The translations under genes and the position numbers were made by a program. DNA of 63,709 bases, counting the filler. It is 8 parts of 8 records of this genome, joined end to end, with 100 filler letters (N's around TTAATTAATTAA, not from the genome) between each part and the next. Parts side by side here need not be neighbours in the genome. Positions count along the whole stretch, not along the records: positions 14,420 to 27,127 come from SRR31156797_67823; positions 27,228 to 34,101 come from SRR31156797_67901; 6 more parts are not named here. The stretch is one strand, 5' to 3'. The first letter of the stretch is position 1. Each line of letters opens with the position of its first letter. The notes below the pieces were generated by a model. The model worked only from the letters and a program-made list of their open reading frames with translations, was not told the DNA's origin and did not search any database. Shown here in pieces: positions 21,976 through 30,224 of the stretch.

Positions 21976-24033
21976 ATGGGCTTTGCCGTTTCCTTGTTTT
22001 GCGCCTTCGGATTGGGAGGTTTGATTCCGATGGTCCGTTTTCCGGACCTGAGAATCGGCCAGGAAACGCCTGCCGGCGGACAATCTTGGTACGGTCTGAA
22101 CTTTTTTGCCGGCGCCTGTGCCATTCCCGCTCTGCTTTTCATCCTGAACCCGGTTCTTGAAATTGGTTTGCGCGCTTCATCGTTTTGCATTTTTGGATTG
22201 GCCGTATTGGGGGCGGCCCGTTCCCTGTTCCGGATGAAGCGGATGGCGGGATTGCCGTCACCGTGGCTGCTGGCGCATCCGATTATCGTATTTCCGGTTT
22301 TGTTGGCTGCTGAAATCGGATTGCGTGGGGGCCTCATCTACCTGCCGCTTGCCGGCGACGAACTGGCGGCCTGGCTCTACTCCAGCAAAATGTTCTTTTC
22401 AGCCGATACATGGTGGACGTCGGAGATGTCCTACCGGCTCGGCCCCTATACGATCGGATGGCCATTGACCATGGTTTTCCCGAGCCTTCTGATCGGGACC
22501 TTCAACGAAGGCTATGCCGCCTCCATTCCGTTCATTTTTCATGTCGGATTGCTTGGCGCCCTTTACGATGTGTTGAAGAACCGGTGTGAACTGGTCGCCG
22601 GCGAACGAGACGGCGTTTCCGGAATCGGATGGCCATGGCTGGGTGTTTTGTCGGTTCTCACACTTGAAGCGACATATCGTCTGTTTCCCAATTTTCTGCT
22701 GATCGAGAAGCCGCAGATTTATGTGATTTGCATATTGCTGTTGGCCGGCATGGCCGGGCAGTTCGATGGGGTTCGGCGGCGCCATCTCGCGTTGAACATG
22801 GGGATCGTTTTTGCGGCGGGTTATTTGTTCAAGGTCGCTTTGATCACCTTTGCAGCGGCGATGTTTTTGTTCCTTGTCGCTTTCGTTTGGCGGGATAAAA
22901 AAACCGGAACCGGAGTCTCTTCCGCACGTGGCTTCGTCGGGGTGAGCGGGATTTATTCGATCCTGCTTTTTCTGCCTTTTGTCCTCGTTTACGTCGTTTG
23001 GGGAGAGGTTCTGAAGGCCCACGACATTGGGAATGGTTGTCTGGGGTCGCCGGCAACGTTTGCCATCAATGCGCTGACGGCCTTGGTGTCGGGTGAGGCG
23101 ACGAGCTATTTTTTTTCGTTCTGGCGCGAGATCGGCGTCTATGTCGGCGAATTCAAACTGCCTGTGACAGTCTTGTCCTTGATCGGGATTGGAATGTTGC
23201 CGCTCATGCGCGGAGGCGTTTGGGTTATGTTGGCGTTCCTGGGCTTCGCGGCGGCATATGCGGCAAGTCTTTATCTTGCCTATTCGGCATGTTTTTCCGG
23301 CTTCGAGGCCGAAACCTTCGCCTCGATTCAGCGTTATTCGCGGGTTCTTATTCGTTGCCTTCATTTCTTTGGCATCGCAATTTTGGGTGTACTTTTCTTC
23401 GAGCGGATCCGCGGCCTGTTCGGAGGTCGGGTTTATCCCTGGACTCGAAATTATTTGGGCAGGGGTGTGACGCTTTTTGCGGTTGGTATCCTTGCGGCAT
23501 GGCAGGCAATCCAACTCGACCGGTCTGTTGACGATATTTCAACCCGCCAGAACGAGGAACCCCGGTGGGTCAGCAGGATGTTGACCATGCGGACAGAGGC
23601 GTTGGCGCTCAATCGGGTGCTCGAGGACCGGAACCTCGGCGATCAACGTACGCGAATCATATATCAGGGAATGGGCGATCTTGAATGGAGGGTTGCCCGG
23701 TATCATTCGGTCAACGTGAATGGCGATCGACCGATGTACCGGTATCGCCTGGAAAGCGGTTGGCGGATTGCGCCAGAACAGGCCGATATCTGGACCAAAA
23801 AACTCTCGACCGGCGATGCGCGAACATATCTTGCCGGCATGGATGTGATCTGGCCGACCGTATTGGATGACTGGATGACCGGCATCCTTCGCGGAATGGT
23901 CGATCCAGCGGATTGCGAGACGGACCTCACGAAGAGTTTTCTTTTGAAGTCGGCGGCCTCGCCGACCCGATTTGACTGTGTCCCGAAAGAAGGCGGTCCG
24001 GGTGCAGGAGACATCGGCCCGTCTCACAATTAA
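21976..24033 (+). CDS. Large polytopic membrane protein of unknown function, possibly GT-C-like
   Basis: 685-aa ORF with many TM segments, an early GDE..W loop and a soluble C-terminal domain; lower GC than its neighbours. Confidence 0.6.
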   Translation: MGFAVSLFCAFGLGGLIPMVRFPDLRIGQETPAGGQSWYGLNFFAGACAIPALLFILNPVLEIGLRASSFCIFGLAVLGAARSLFRMKRMAGLPSPWLLAHPIIVFPVLLAAEIGLRGGLIYLPLAGDELAAWLYSSKMFFSADTWWTSEMSYRLGPYTIGWPLTMVFPSLLIGTFNEGYAASIPFIFHVGLLGALYDVLKNRCELVAGERDGVSGIGWPWLGVLSVLTLEATYRLFPNFLLIEKPQIYVICILLLAGMAGQFDGVRRRHLALNMGIVFAAGYLFKVALITFAAAMFLFLVAFVWRDKKTGTGVSSARGFVGVSGIYSILLFLPFVLVYVVWGEVLKAHDIGNGCLGSPATFAINALTALVSGEATSYFFSFWREIGVYVGEFKLPVTVLSLIGIGMLPLMRGGVWVMLAFLGFAAAYAASLYLAYSACFSGFEAETFASIQRYSRVLIRCLHFFGIAILGVLFFERIRGLFGGRVYPWTRNYLGRGVTLFAVGILAAWQAIQLDRSVDDISTRQNEEPRWVSRMLTMRTEALALNRVLEDRNLGDQRTRIIYQGMGDLEWRVARYHSVNVNGDRPMYRYRLESGWRIAPEQADIWTKKLSTGDARTYLAGMDVIWPTVLDDWMTGILRGMVDPADCETDLTKSFLLKSAASPTRFDCVPKEGGPGAGDIGPSHN

Positions 24034-24170
24034 CCCGTTTACTTTGATAATCCGGCGCGCAAGGCCCGGACAATCTTCGGAAAAGGGTTGAGAACTGGCC
24101 TTGAACCATTTCACGGGTGCGCCATTGGATTGTAGGATGCTCGGGAAAACGGGACGGAATATGTGCTGCC

Positions 24171-24212
24171 AAAACAAAACCGGCGCCCTGAAACGAGCGC
24201 CGGTCTTTGTTT
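24171..24212 (-). terminator. Probable rho-independent terminator downstream of the peroxiredoxin
   Basis: AAAACAAAACCGGCGC-CCTGAAACGA-GCGCCGGTCTTTGTTT; U-rich tail possible in both directions. Confidence 0.6.
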
Positions 24213-24240
24213 GGAAACAGGGTGCGAATCAGGCCGCGCC

Positions 24241-24912
24241 CTACAGGTCCTTTTTCGAGAAGTACCAGTCCGTATAGTCGTAACCCTCGCCGGACCGCTT
24301 GTCGGCATCGGCAGACGTCTTCGGCGGCGGCACGATGACCTTCTCGCCCGGCTTCCAGGCTTCCGGCGTCGCGACGCCGTTGGCGTCCGACGTCTGCAGG
24401 GCTTTGACCAGGCGCAGGAACTCGTCGATGGAGCGCCCGTTGGTCATCGGGTAATAGACCATGGCGCGCAGGATGCCTTCGGGATCGATCACAAACGTGG
24501 CCCGTACGGCCGATGTGTCGCCGGCGCCCGGATGGATCATGCCGTATGAAGACGCGACGGTCATCGACAAATCGTCGATGATTGGGAAGGGGATGTCGAC
24601 GCCGAAATTGTCCTTGATGCTGCGGGTCCAGGCCAGGTGCGAAAAGACGCTGTCGATGGACAGGCCGAGAAGGTTGCAATCGAGCGCCTGAAAATCGTCA
24701 TGGGCCTTGGCGAAGGCCATGAATTCGGTCGTGCAGACCGGCGTGAAATCGGCCGGGTGCGAGAACAGGACAAGCCATTTTCCCTTGTAGTCGGCCAGGG
24801 ACTTCGGGCCGTGCGTGGTGTTGGCGGAAAAATCCGGCGCCGGTTCGTTGATGCGCGGCATGCGTTGAACTTGAATTTCAGTTTCCATAATGTTTTCCTC
24901 CGGTTCCATCAT
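24241..24912 (-). CDS. Peroxiredoxin, Prx6 (1-Cys-like) family
   Basis: FSHPADFTPVCTTEF, AVRATFVIDP, YYP.TNGR..DE..R, TP..W.PG; C-terminal cysteines absent. Confidence 0.93.
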   Translation of the reverse strand: MMEPEENIMETEIQVQRMPRINEPAPDFSANTTHGPKSLADYKGKWLVLFSHPADFTPVCTTEFMAFAKAHDDFQALDCNLLGLSIDSVFSHLAWTRSIKDNFGVDIPFPIIDDLSMTVASSYGMIHPGAGDTSAVRATFVIDPEGILRAMVYYPMTNGRSIDEFLRLVKALQTSDANGVATPEAWKPGEKVIVPPPKTSADADKRSGEGYDYTDWYFSKKDL

Positions 24913-25099
24913 TAAATAAGATTATTCTAATTTACAAAATCAGATGGAAATGTCCAGACTATTTTTATGGTTTTTTTGTTTCGGCAGGGCAAAACGGGAT
25001 TTCGGCGCGGTTGTATAAAGCGCCGGTTGATGGACAAGCCAAGCCATCTCCATTGACGGTTTTCAATGGCGTGAACCGGCGACGAAAAGCAATCCCTGC

Positions 25100-25390
25100 T
25101 GCCGGCCGAGTCGATCGGCTTTCCGGTTTTTCCCGCAACTGGTCGTAGACGGTCTGCGAGATCGCCGGCAGGGCGTCGCGACCGATCTTGCCGGTAACCG
25201 CATAGGCCAGCGGCGAATCGACCCAATAGAAGGCCGAGACGCCGGCATTGGTGACGAAATGAAAGGCCGTATCCTCGTCGTCGCGGGCCGGGCGGACACA
25301 GAGAGTCAGGCGGTTGCCGCCGGCGTTCTCGTACATGAACTGGGCCGCCGCCCTGCCTTCATCGGGCAAAAGGCGTCCACCGACCAGCAC
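25100..25390 (-). pseudogene. C-terminal fragment of a PrtR-like anti-sigma factor
   Basis: LVGGRLLP..G.AAAQFMYE..GG.RLTL, FYW.D..LAYAVTG, VYDQL; the N-terminal anti-sigma/TM half and any sigma gene are absent; left boundary approximate. Confidence 0.7.
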
Positions 25391-25535
25391 TGCACGCGTC
25401 CCGAAGCCTCGGCGATGGCTTTGATACTGTCAACCGAATTTGGCGAGTTTAACGGAACCTCGACCATTGGGATGATCTTCTTGAACGGACGTTCCGCTCC
25501 GGCCATGAAACGGCACGGTCGGAAAGGATCCGACA

Positions 25536-26756
25536 TCAAGTGGGCAGTTGTTTCGGATCCGGGCGAACCGATGAAGGACTCTCTGATTCAGCCTGGAAAA
25601 AGGCGATTTCGGATTCCGGCGGCCTTATATCCGTCAACTCTCCGGTGTAATGTCGCAGCGCATGAGGCTTATAGGGGAAACGCCGGCACGCGCCCTCATC
25701 CAGTTCGACGCCCAGACCGGGCGCCGTCGGAATGGTCATCGCGCCGTCGATTAATTGCACGTCCTCGCGCACAATCTCCGAGCGCCACGGCACGTCCGTC
25801 GCCATGGTTTCAAGGATCGCGAAATTGGGGATGCTAGCTGCCAGATGGAGGGTCATGGCGTTGGCGATCGGGCCGATTGGATTGTGCGGGGCGACCGGCA
25901 GATACCGTGTGCGGGCTATCGCCGCGATTTTCTGAAGTGCCATCATGCCGCCGACGTGACAGACATCCGGCTGCCAGTAGTCCGCCGCCCTGCGGTCCAG
26001 CATCTCGCCGAACCGGGACGGCTCGTAATAACGTTCGCCGCTGGCGATCGGAATCGGGCTGTGGGCCCGGACATCCGCCAACGCTTCGATGCTTTCCGGG
26101 GGCACCGGTTCCTCGTACCAGAAGGGCTTGAACGGCGCGAGTTCGTGGGCCATGCGAATGGCCGTCGGCACGTCCAGGCGACCGTGGACCTCAATCATAA
26201 GGTCGATGTTGTCACCGACCGCGTTCCGGACCGCCTCGACCGTTTTGACGGTCCGCTTCCGTTCGGCGATGTCCATCTGCATGTAGGACGAACCGAAGGG
26301 GTCCCATTTCAATGCGTTGAATCCATTGTCGACAGCCTTCACGGCACGTTCGGCAAATTCCTCGGGTTCCTTGGCGCCGACGAACCAGGCGTTGGCGTAG
26401 CAGTTGATGCGGTCGCGGATTTTACCACCGAGAAGTTCGTAGACGGGGACGCCGAGGCCCTTTCCCTTGATGTCGAGCATGGCCGCCTCGACGGCGCTCA
26501 GGGCGCTTCGGAGAATCACGCCGGTTCGGTAGTAGGAATCCCGGTTCAGGATCTCGCAGTGTTGTTCCACTTCGAAGGGATCCCGGCCGACCAGATACCG
26601 TGCCGTTTCCTTGATGGCCGCGGCGACCGTCGGTTCCCGACCTTCCACGGTTCCTTCGCCGACACCGGAAATGCCCTCGTCGGTTTCGATTTTCGTGAAT
26701 ACGTAGTTCGTTCGGAAGGCGTCTACGATGAACACTTTTACGTCAGTGATTTTCAT
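25536..26756 (-). CDS. Mandelate racemase/enolase-family dehydratase, galactonate dehydratase (DgoD)-like
   Basis: KIETDEGISGVGE, DIKGK.LGVPVYELLGG, KWDPFG, IEVHGR, WYEEP, SGER, QPDV.H.GG, APHNP. Confidence 0.88.
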   Translation of the reverse strand: MKITDVKVFIVDAFRTNYVFTKIETDEGISGVGEGTVEGREPTVAAAIKETARYLVGRDPFEVEQHCEILNRDSYYRTGVILRSALSAVEAAMLDIKGKGLGVPVYELLGGKIRDRINCYANAWFVGAKEPEEFAERAVKAVDNGFNALKWDPFGSSYMQMDIAERKRTVKTVEAVRNAVGDNIDLMIEVHGRLDVPTAIRMAHELAPFKPFWYEEPVPPESIEALADVRAHSPIPIASGERYYEPSRFGEMLDRRAADYWQPDVCHVGGMMALQKIAAIARTRYLPVAPHNPIGPIANAMTLHLAASIPNFAILETMATDVPWRSEIVREDVQLIDGAMTIPTAPGLGVELDEGACRRFPYKPHALRHYTGELTDIRPPESEIAFFQAESESPSSVRPDPKQLPT

Positions 26757-27126
26757 TTTGGTTTTCCATCATCGTCAAAAGATCGTCCATTGCGCCCATG
26801 ATGTGGTCGTGCGCGATTCGTGCCGCGTCCGCGCTCTTCTGCTGGCAAAGCGCATCTATAAGATTCCGGTGTTCCTCGACGATCCGGCGCGCGCGTTCCG
26901 GTGACGAGCCGTATTTCAGGCGAAGCGCCGAGAGCAGTTCCCAACCCTGGTCCAGTACCTGCGCCGCGACATCGTTGTCGCCGATCGCATTGATGGCTTT
27001 GTGGAACCGTTTGTTGGCTTCCAGAATTTCAAGTGGCTCCCCCCGTTTTCCGGCTTCCTCCAGACCCTCGGCGAGGGTCGATATGCGGTCCAGGTCGGCC
27101 TTCGATGCCTGGGTTGCACATCGGCC
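26743..27126 (-). CDS. GntR-family regulator, C-terminal FCD domain (5' partial; not in the ORF track)
   Basis: Translates ..EANKRFHKAINAIGDN..IVEEHRNLIDAL..AARIAHDHI; stop overlaps the dehydratase start. Confidence 0.8.
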   Translation of the reverse strand, partial: GRCATQASKADLDRISTLAEGLEEAGKRGEPLEILEANKRFHKAINAIGDNDVAAQVLDQGWELLSALRLKYGSSPERARRIVEEHRNLIDALCQQKSADAARIAHDHIMGAMDDLLTMMENQNENH

Positions 27127-27127
27127 G

Positions 27128-27227
27128 NNNNNNNNNNNNNNNNNNNNNNNNNNNNNNNNNNNNNNNNNNNNTTAATTAATTAANNNNNNNNNNNNNNNNN
27201 NNNNNNNNNNNNNNNNNNNNNNNNNNN
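27128..27227. other. Artificial contig linker
   Basis: N-TTAATTAATTAA-N spacer. Confidence 0.99.
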
Positions 27228-27394
27228 CATCGTCCTCAATCGTCATTTTGCCGTTTTATCCCTTGTTTTCAATGGCTTGACCGGGAAGCCAAGTTCGCGT
27301 TACACCCGCACCTCTTCACCTTTGAATTCGTCTTCACTTGTCAAATATCCTCAATAAAAGAATATATACCCAATTATATAGTTAACTGCCAGAT

Positions 27395-27577
27395 ATGAAC
27401 GATTTTGCAAAAATCGAGGAAATTGAGATTACGCCCGAGATGATTCAGGCGGGCCTTGCTGTTTTGGAAGAGTCGGGGCGGCTGATGTTTGACCGACTTA
27501 GCACCGCTGATGATCTTTTAGTTCGCGAACTCTTTCTCGAAATGTGGAGGCGCTGTCCGCTTGAACAGCGCGGATAA
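27395..27577 (+). CDS. Small hypothetical protein inside the IS1595 end
   Basis: 60 aa, EIEITPEMIQAGLAVL; starts 4 nt inside the inverted repeat; 3' end overlaps the convergent cargo gene. Confidence 0.5.
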   Translation: MNDFAKIEEIEITPEMIQAGLAVLEESGRLMFDRLSTADDLLVRELFLEMWRRCPLEQRG

Positions 27578-28097
27578 CGTCGGTAAATAACGAAATTCTT
27601 TGCGACAACTCATTGATATGAGTAGCGGCCTTAGAAACATCATTTGGGGAAAGGCCGGGTAGCTGCCGGGGGTTGGGGCGGTTATGCATCCTATCCACGT
27701 CTAGCACTGATGGCGTGAGGCGCGTGTGGGTTATTTCGCGCCGTATCACGGAGGTTATGTTGCCGTGGGTTATGTTATTTCTTGTTTTTCTTACCCTGCC
27801 GAGTTTTAGCCATATCGGCTTCCATGCGGCCTCAACCCGTTTGTCAAATGTCGTTTGTGATGCTAGGGCCCACACCGCGCGATCTACAATTTCGAACCTT
27901 GTTTCGGCATTGTTTGGTGTGAAATAAATGACAAAGCCCATTCTTGTCTTAGGGTGTCCGATGGTGGTTTCCAGCAGAACGGCCATATGGTTTTCTAGTG
28001 TCGCCCAACTTAGTGTGACCGAAAGAATGCCGTTTCGGATTGTTTCGTGATCTTTCTTTATTTTCTCAGGTGGAGTTTTAGTGGGTAGTTCGATCAT
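27498..28097 (-). CDS. IS1595 passenger: all-helical protein with a HEPN-like RxxxxH motif
   Basis: ATG at 28097 (MIELPTK..); W..LE N-terminal helix and RNNITH motif. Confidence 0.6.
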   Translation of the reverse strand: MIELPTKTPPEKIKKDHETIRNGILSVTLSWATLENHMAVLLETTIGHPKTRMGFVIYFTPNNAETRFEIVDRAVWALASQTTFDKRVEAAWKPIWLKLGRVRKTRNNITHGNITSVIRREITHTRLTPSVLDVDRMHNRPNPRQLPGLSPNDVSKAATHINELSQRISLFTDVIRAVQADSASTFRERVRELKDHQRC

Positions 28098-28233
28098 GTC
28101 TGATACCCCCAAAGATCAAGACAAGTTAACCGAAGAAGAGACCGAGAGGCGCCGGGACGAGATCGCGCGCCGCATGCTCGCTACCCCACCGACACCGCAC
28201 AGGGCGAAACCCAAGAAGCCCAAGAAAAAATGA
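28096..28233 (+). CDS. Small basic hypothetical protein (45 aa; below the ORF-track cutoff)
   Basis: MSDTPKDQDKLTEEETERRRDEIARRMLATPPTPHRAKPKKPKKK*; shares a CATG with the divergent cargo gene. Confidence 0.5.
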   Translation: MSDTPKDQDKLTEEETERRRDEIARRMLATPPTPHRAKPKKPKKK

Positions 28234-28240
28234 GTGAAAT

Positions 28241-28774
28241 CTATCCTTTGGCGTTCCTGATTTTGGCGGGGAGTATCGCCGTAAGTACCTTCTTCTTGTG
28301 GCGGATCACAAAGAATCTCTTGAGTATGTACAACCGCATCGAAACTGTGGTTACCGATAAAAACCCGCCCTCTCTGCGCAGCGCACAGCCAAACGAATAA
28401 GTCTCTCGTGGTTTTACCCTAATTTCGCACGCAACATTTTGGGCGGTGGGATTTTCTGGTTTTGCGTAGCTGGGGCCAATAAAGCCGTTTTGGGGAGCAA
28501 TAATGATCCCGAGCGGATCATCTACGGCAATAGCTTCGATCAATACTTCCTTATCGCCTCGATTGGTAATGGTGATTTTTAGTCTTAAATCTCCGTGGGC
28601 GGTCAGGCCATCGGCATACAGTTCGTAGCTACTGCTAAGGCTCCTTCTGGCAAGCCACCAGATCAACCCCGCAAAGACGGCAGATGCACCAACGGCTCCG
28701 AGGGTGAACCATTCACGTAGTTCATTCAAAGGACTCGGTGGTGTTGTCATTTGGTGGCTTTTCTGTTGCGCCAT
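28241..28774 (-). CDS. IS1595 passenger: N-terminal TM helix plus beta-rich (Ig-like) domain
   Basis: 177 aa; hydrophobic WFTLGAVGASAVFAGLIWWL, then LKITITNRGDKEVLIEAI and VKPRET. Confidence 0.6.
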   Translation of the reverse strand: MAQQKSHQMTTPPSPLNELREWFTLGAVGASAVFAGLIWWLARRSLSSSYELYADGLTAHGDLRLKITITNRGDKEVLIEAIAVDDPLGIIIAPQNGFIGPSYAKPENPTAQNVACEIRVKPRETYSFGCALRREGGFLSVTTVSMRLYILKRFFVIRHKKKVLTAILPAKIRNAKG

Positions 28775-28798
28775 CGAATGAAGTCTCGTGCCCTCTCT

Positions 28799-29743
28799 TT
28801 AATTGTAACGGGTTTTGTCAGCCCGCCGATAGGTTAAACGCTTACCCTCGGCCCACTTCAAGGCGATGGCTGCGCGTTCCGCGTCCGTAAGGTCGCGGGT
28901 GTTGTACCTGAAATCGAACTCATTGATGTAGCGCTGAAGGTGTTTCTCGGCGCAATGCTGATAGACGCCTTTCATTCCACGTTTGAAGATTGAGAAGTAG
29001 TTCTCGACCTTGTTGGTGCTTTCACCGGAGGGGCCTACGTACTGGCCGCGAACGTGAACCACCGTCTTGTGATCGGCAAACTCTTTACCAACGCGGGTAT
29101 AGAGGCGGCTTTCGTCGGTATGCAATTCGGTATCGCGGGTGACGTTTGTAACCAAGAGATAGCGCACCGTCATTGCGTTGGCGTGCTTGACGTGGAATGT
29201 GCGGGCCTTACCGCCACTGATTAGGGAGACAACGGCACGCTTGTTTGCGGGGCCACGAGATCCGGTTTTGTAGGGCTGGCCGTCTGTGCGGGTGGTGGAT
29301 TGTTCGGCCTTCTTGCCGATGTAGGTTTCATCGGCCTGTACGGGATCGTCGGGTCCGCCCATGGGTTCGGGGTTGGCGTCAATCATCGCTTCGCGGATAC
29401 GGTGCGCCATGAACCAAGCCGATTTGTAAGTGATGCCGAGCATCCTATGGAGTTGATGGGCCGAAATGCCCTTTTTCGACGCGGCCATGAGGTGCATCGC
29501 CGTAACCCACTTGTGCAGGGGGATATGGCTTCGCTCGTACACGGTTCCGACGCGGACGGTGAACTTGCGCTCACAGTCGGTGCAGTAGAACCAGCCCTTG
29601 CCCATGGATTTACCGCGCACGGGGCGGGCGGTTTCAAATTGTCCGCAATAGGGGCAATAGACGCCATCGGGCCAGCGCATTTTCTCAAGGTATTTGCGGG
29701 CCGCGTCTTCGTTGTGGAACATGGGTTTTGTGAGGTCGCACAT
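28799..29743 (-). CDS. IS1595-family DDE transposase
   Basis: Zn ribbon CPYC..YCTDC, HTH (SAHQLHRMLGITYKSAWF), VQADETYIG, LHTDE, NKVENYFSIFKR, YINEFDFRYN. Confidence 0.95.
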   Translation of the reverse strand: MCDLTKPMFHNEDAARKYLEKMRWPDGVYCPYCGQFETARPVRGKSMGKGWFYCTDCERKFTVRVGTVYERSHIPLHKWVTAMHLMAASKKGISAHQLHRMLGITYKSAWFMAHRIREAMIDANPEPMGGPDDPVQADETYIGKKAEQSTTRTDGQPYKTGSRGPANKRAVVSLISGGKARTFHVKHANAMTVRYLLVTNVTRDTELHTDESRLYTRVGKEFADHKTVVHVRGQYVGPSGESTNKVENYFSIFKRGMKGVYQHCAEKHLQRYINEFDFRYNTRDLTDAERAAIALKWAEGKRLTYRRADKTRYN

Positions 29744-29769
29744 GGCACTAACTTCTCAAAAAGATATTA

Positions 29770-30012
29770 TCAATTGGGAACGCCGGGCTCTTTTGAAGCG
29801 TTCGCCCTTCCTTCATCAATTAGCTTTTGCAGTTCATCAAGGGCTTCTAGGGCGAGCAATGGCAGCCTGTCAGTTGAACGCGCACCAAGTTCGAATTGGG
29901 CCGATATCCATACTTTTGATTCTGCCTTCGTCCGACCATCTGACAGAACTAGACGCACCTTGCTCGGGAGTTTTGGGGAACTGAATTGGAGGCGCTTGAT
30001 TGTCACTGACAT
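29770..30012 (-). CDS. Hypothetical protein between the IS end and the transposase
   Basis: 80-aa ORF with a GGAG RBS-like sequence, co-oriented with the transposase. Confidence 0.45.
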   Translation of the reverse strand: MSVTIKRLQFSSPKLPSKVRLVLSDGRTKAESKVWISAQFELGARSTDRLPLLALEALDELQKLIDEGRANASKEPGVPN

Positions 30013-30224
30013 AGCAAATCTCCCATCCTGTTGAAACCATTGTACGAAACGGGCTTACGGCAGTCAAGTATATAATTGGGAATATATACCTATTTTACAG
30101 GAATGTCAACCAGGACAATGAGTTAATTCACCGCATATGGCAGAACGTGAAAATCCACACAAATGGGAAGAGACCGGTCTCAATCTTCCATAGTTCGCCA
30201 TAGTACGCGGGTTCGGAGATCGCT

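Larger units (their letters stand above)
27369..30080 (-). mobile_element. Complete IS1595-family transporter IS with passenger genes (2712 bp)
   Basis: 22-bp inverted repeats CCCAATTATATAGTTAACTGCC (27369-27390) and GGCAGTCAAGTATATAATTGGG (30059-30080), 20/22 match; perfect 8-bp target duplication AATATATA (27361-27368, 30081-30088). Confidence 0.95.

Noticed and set aside
27228-27247. Possible gene start MTIEDD on the minus strand at the contig edge
   Set aside because: Only six codons available; cannot be assigned
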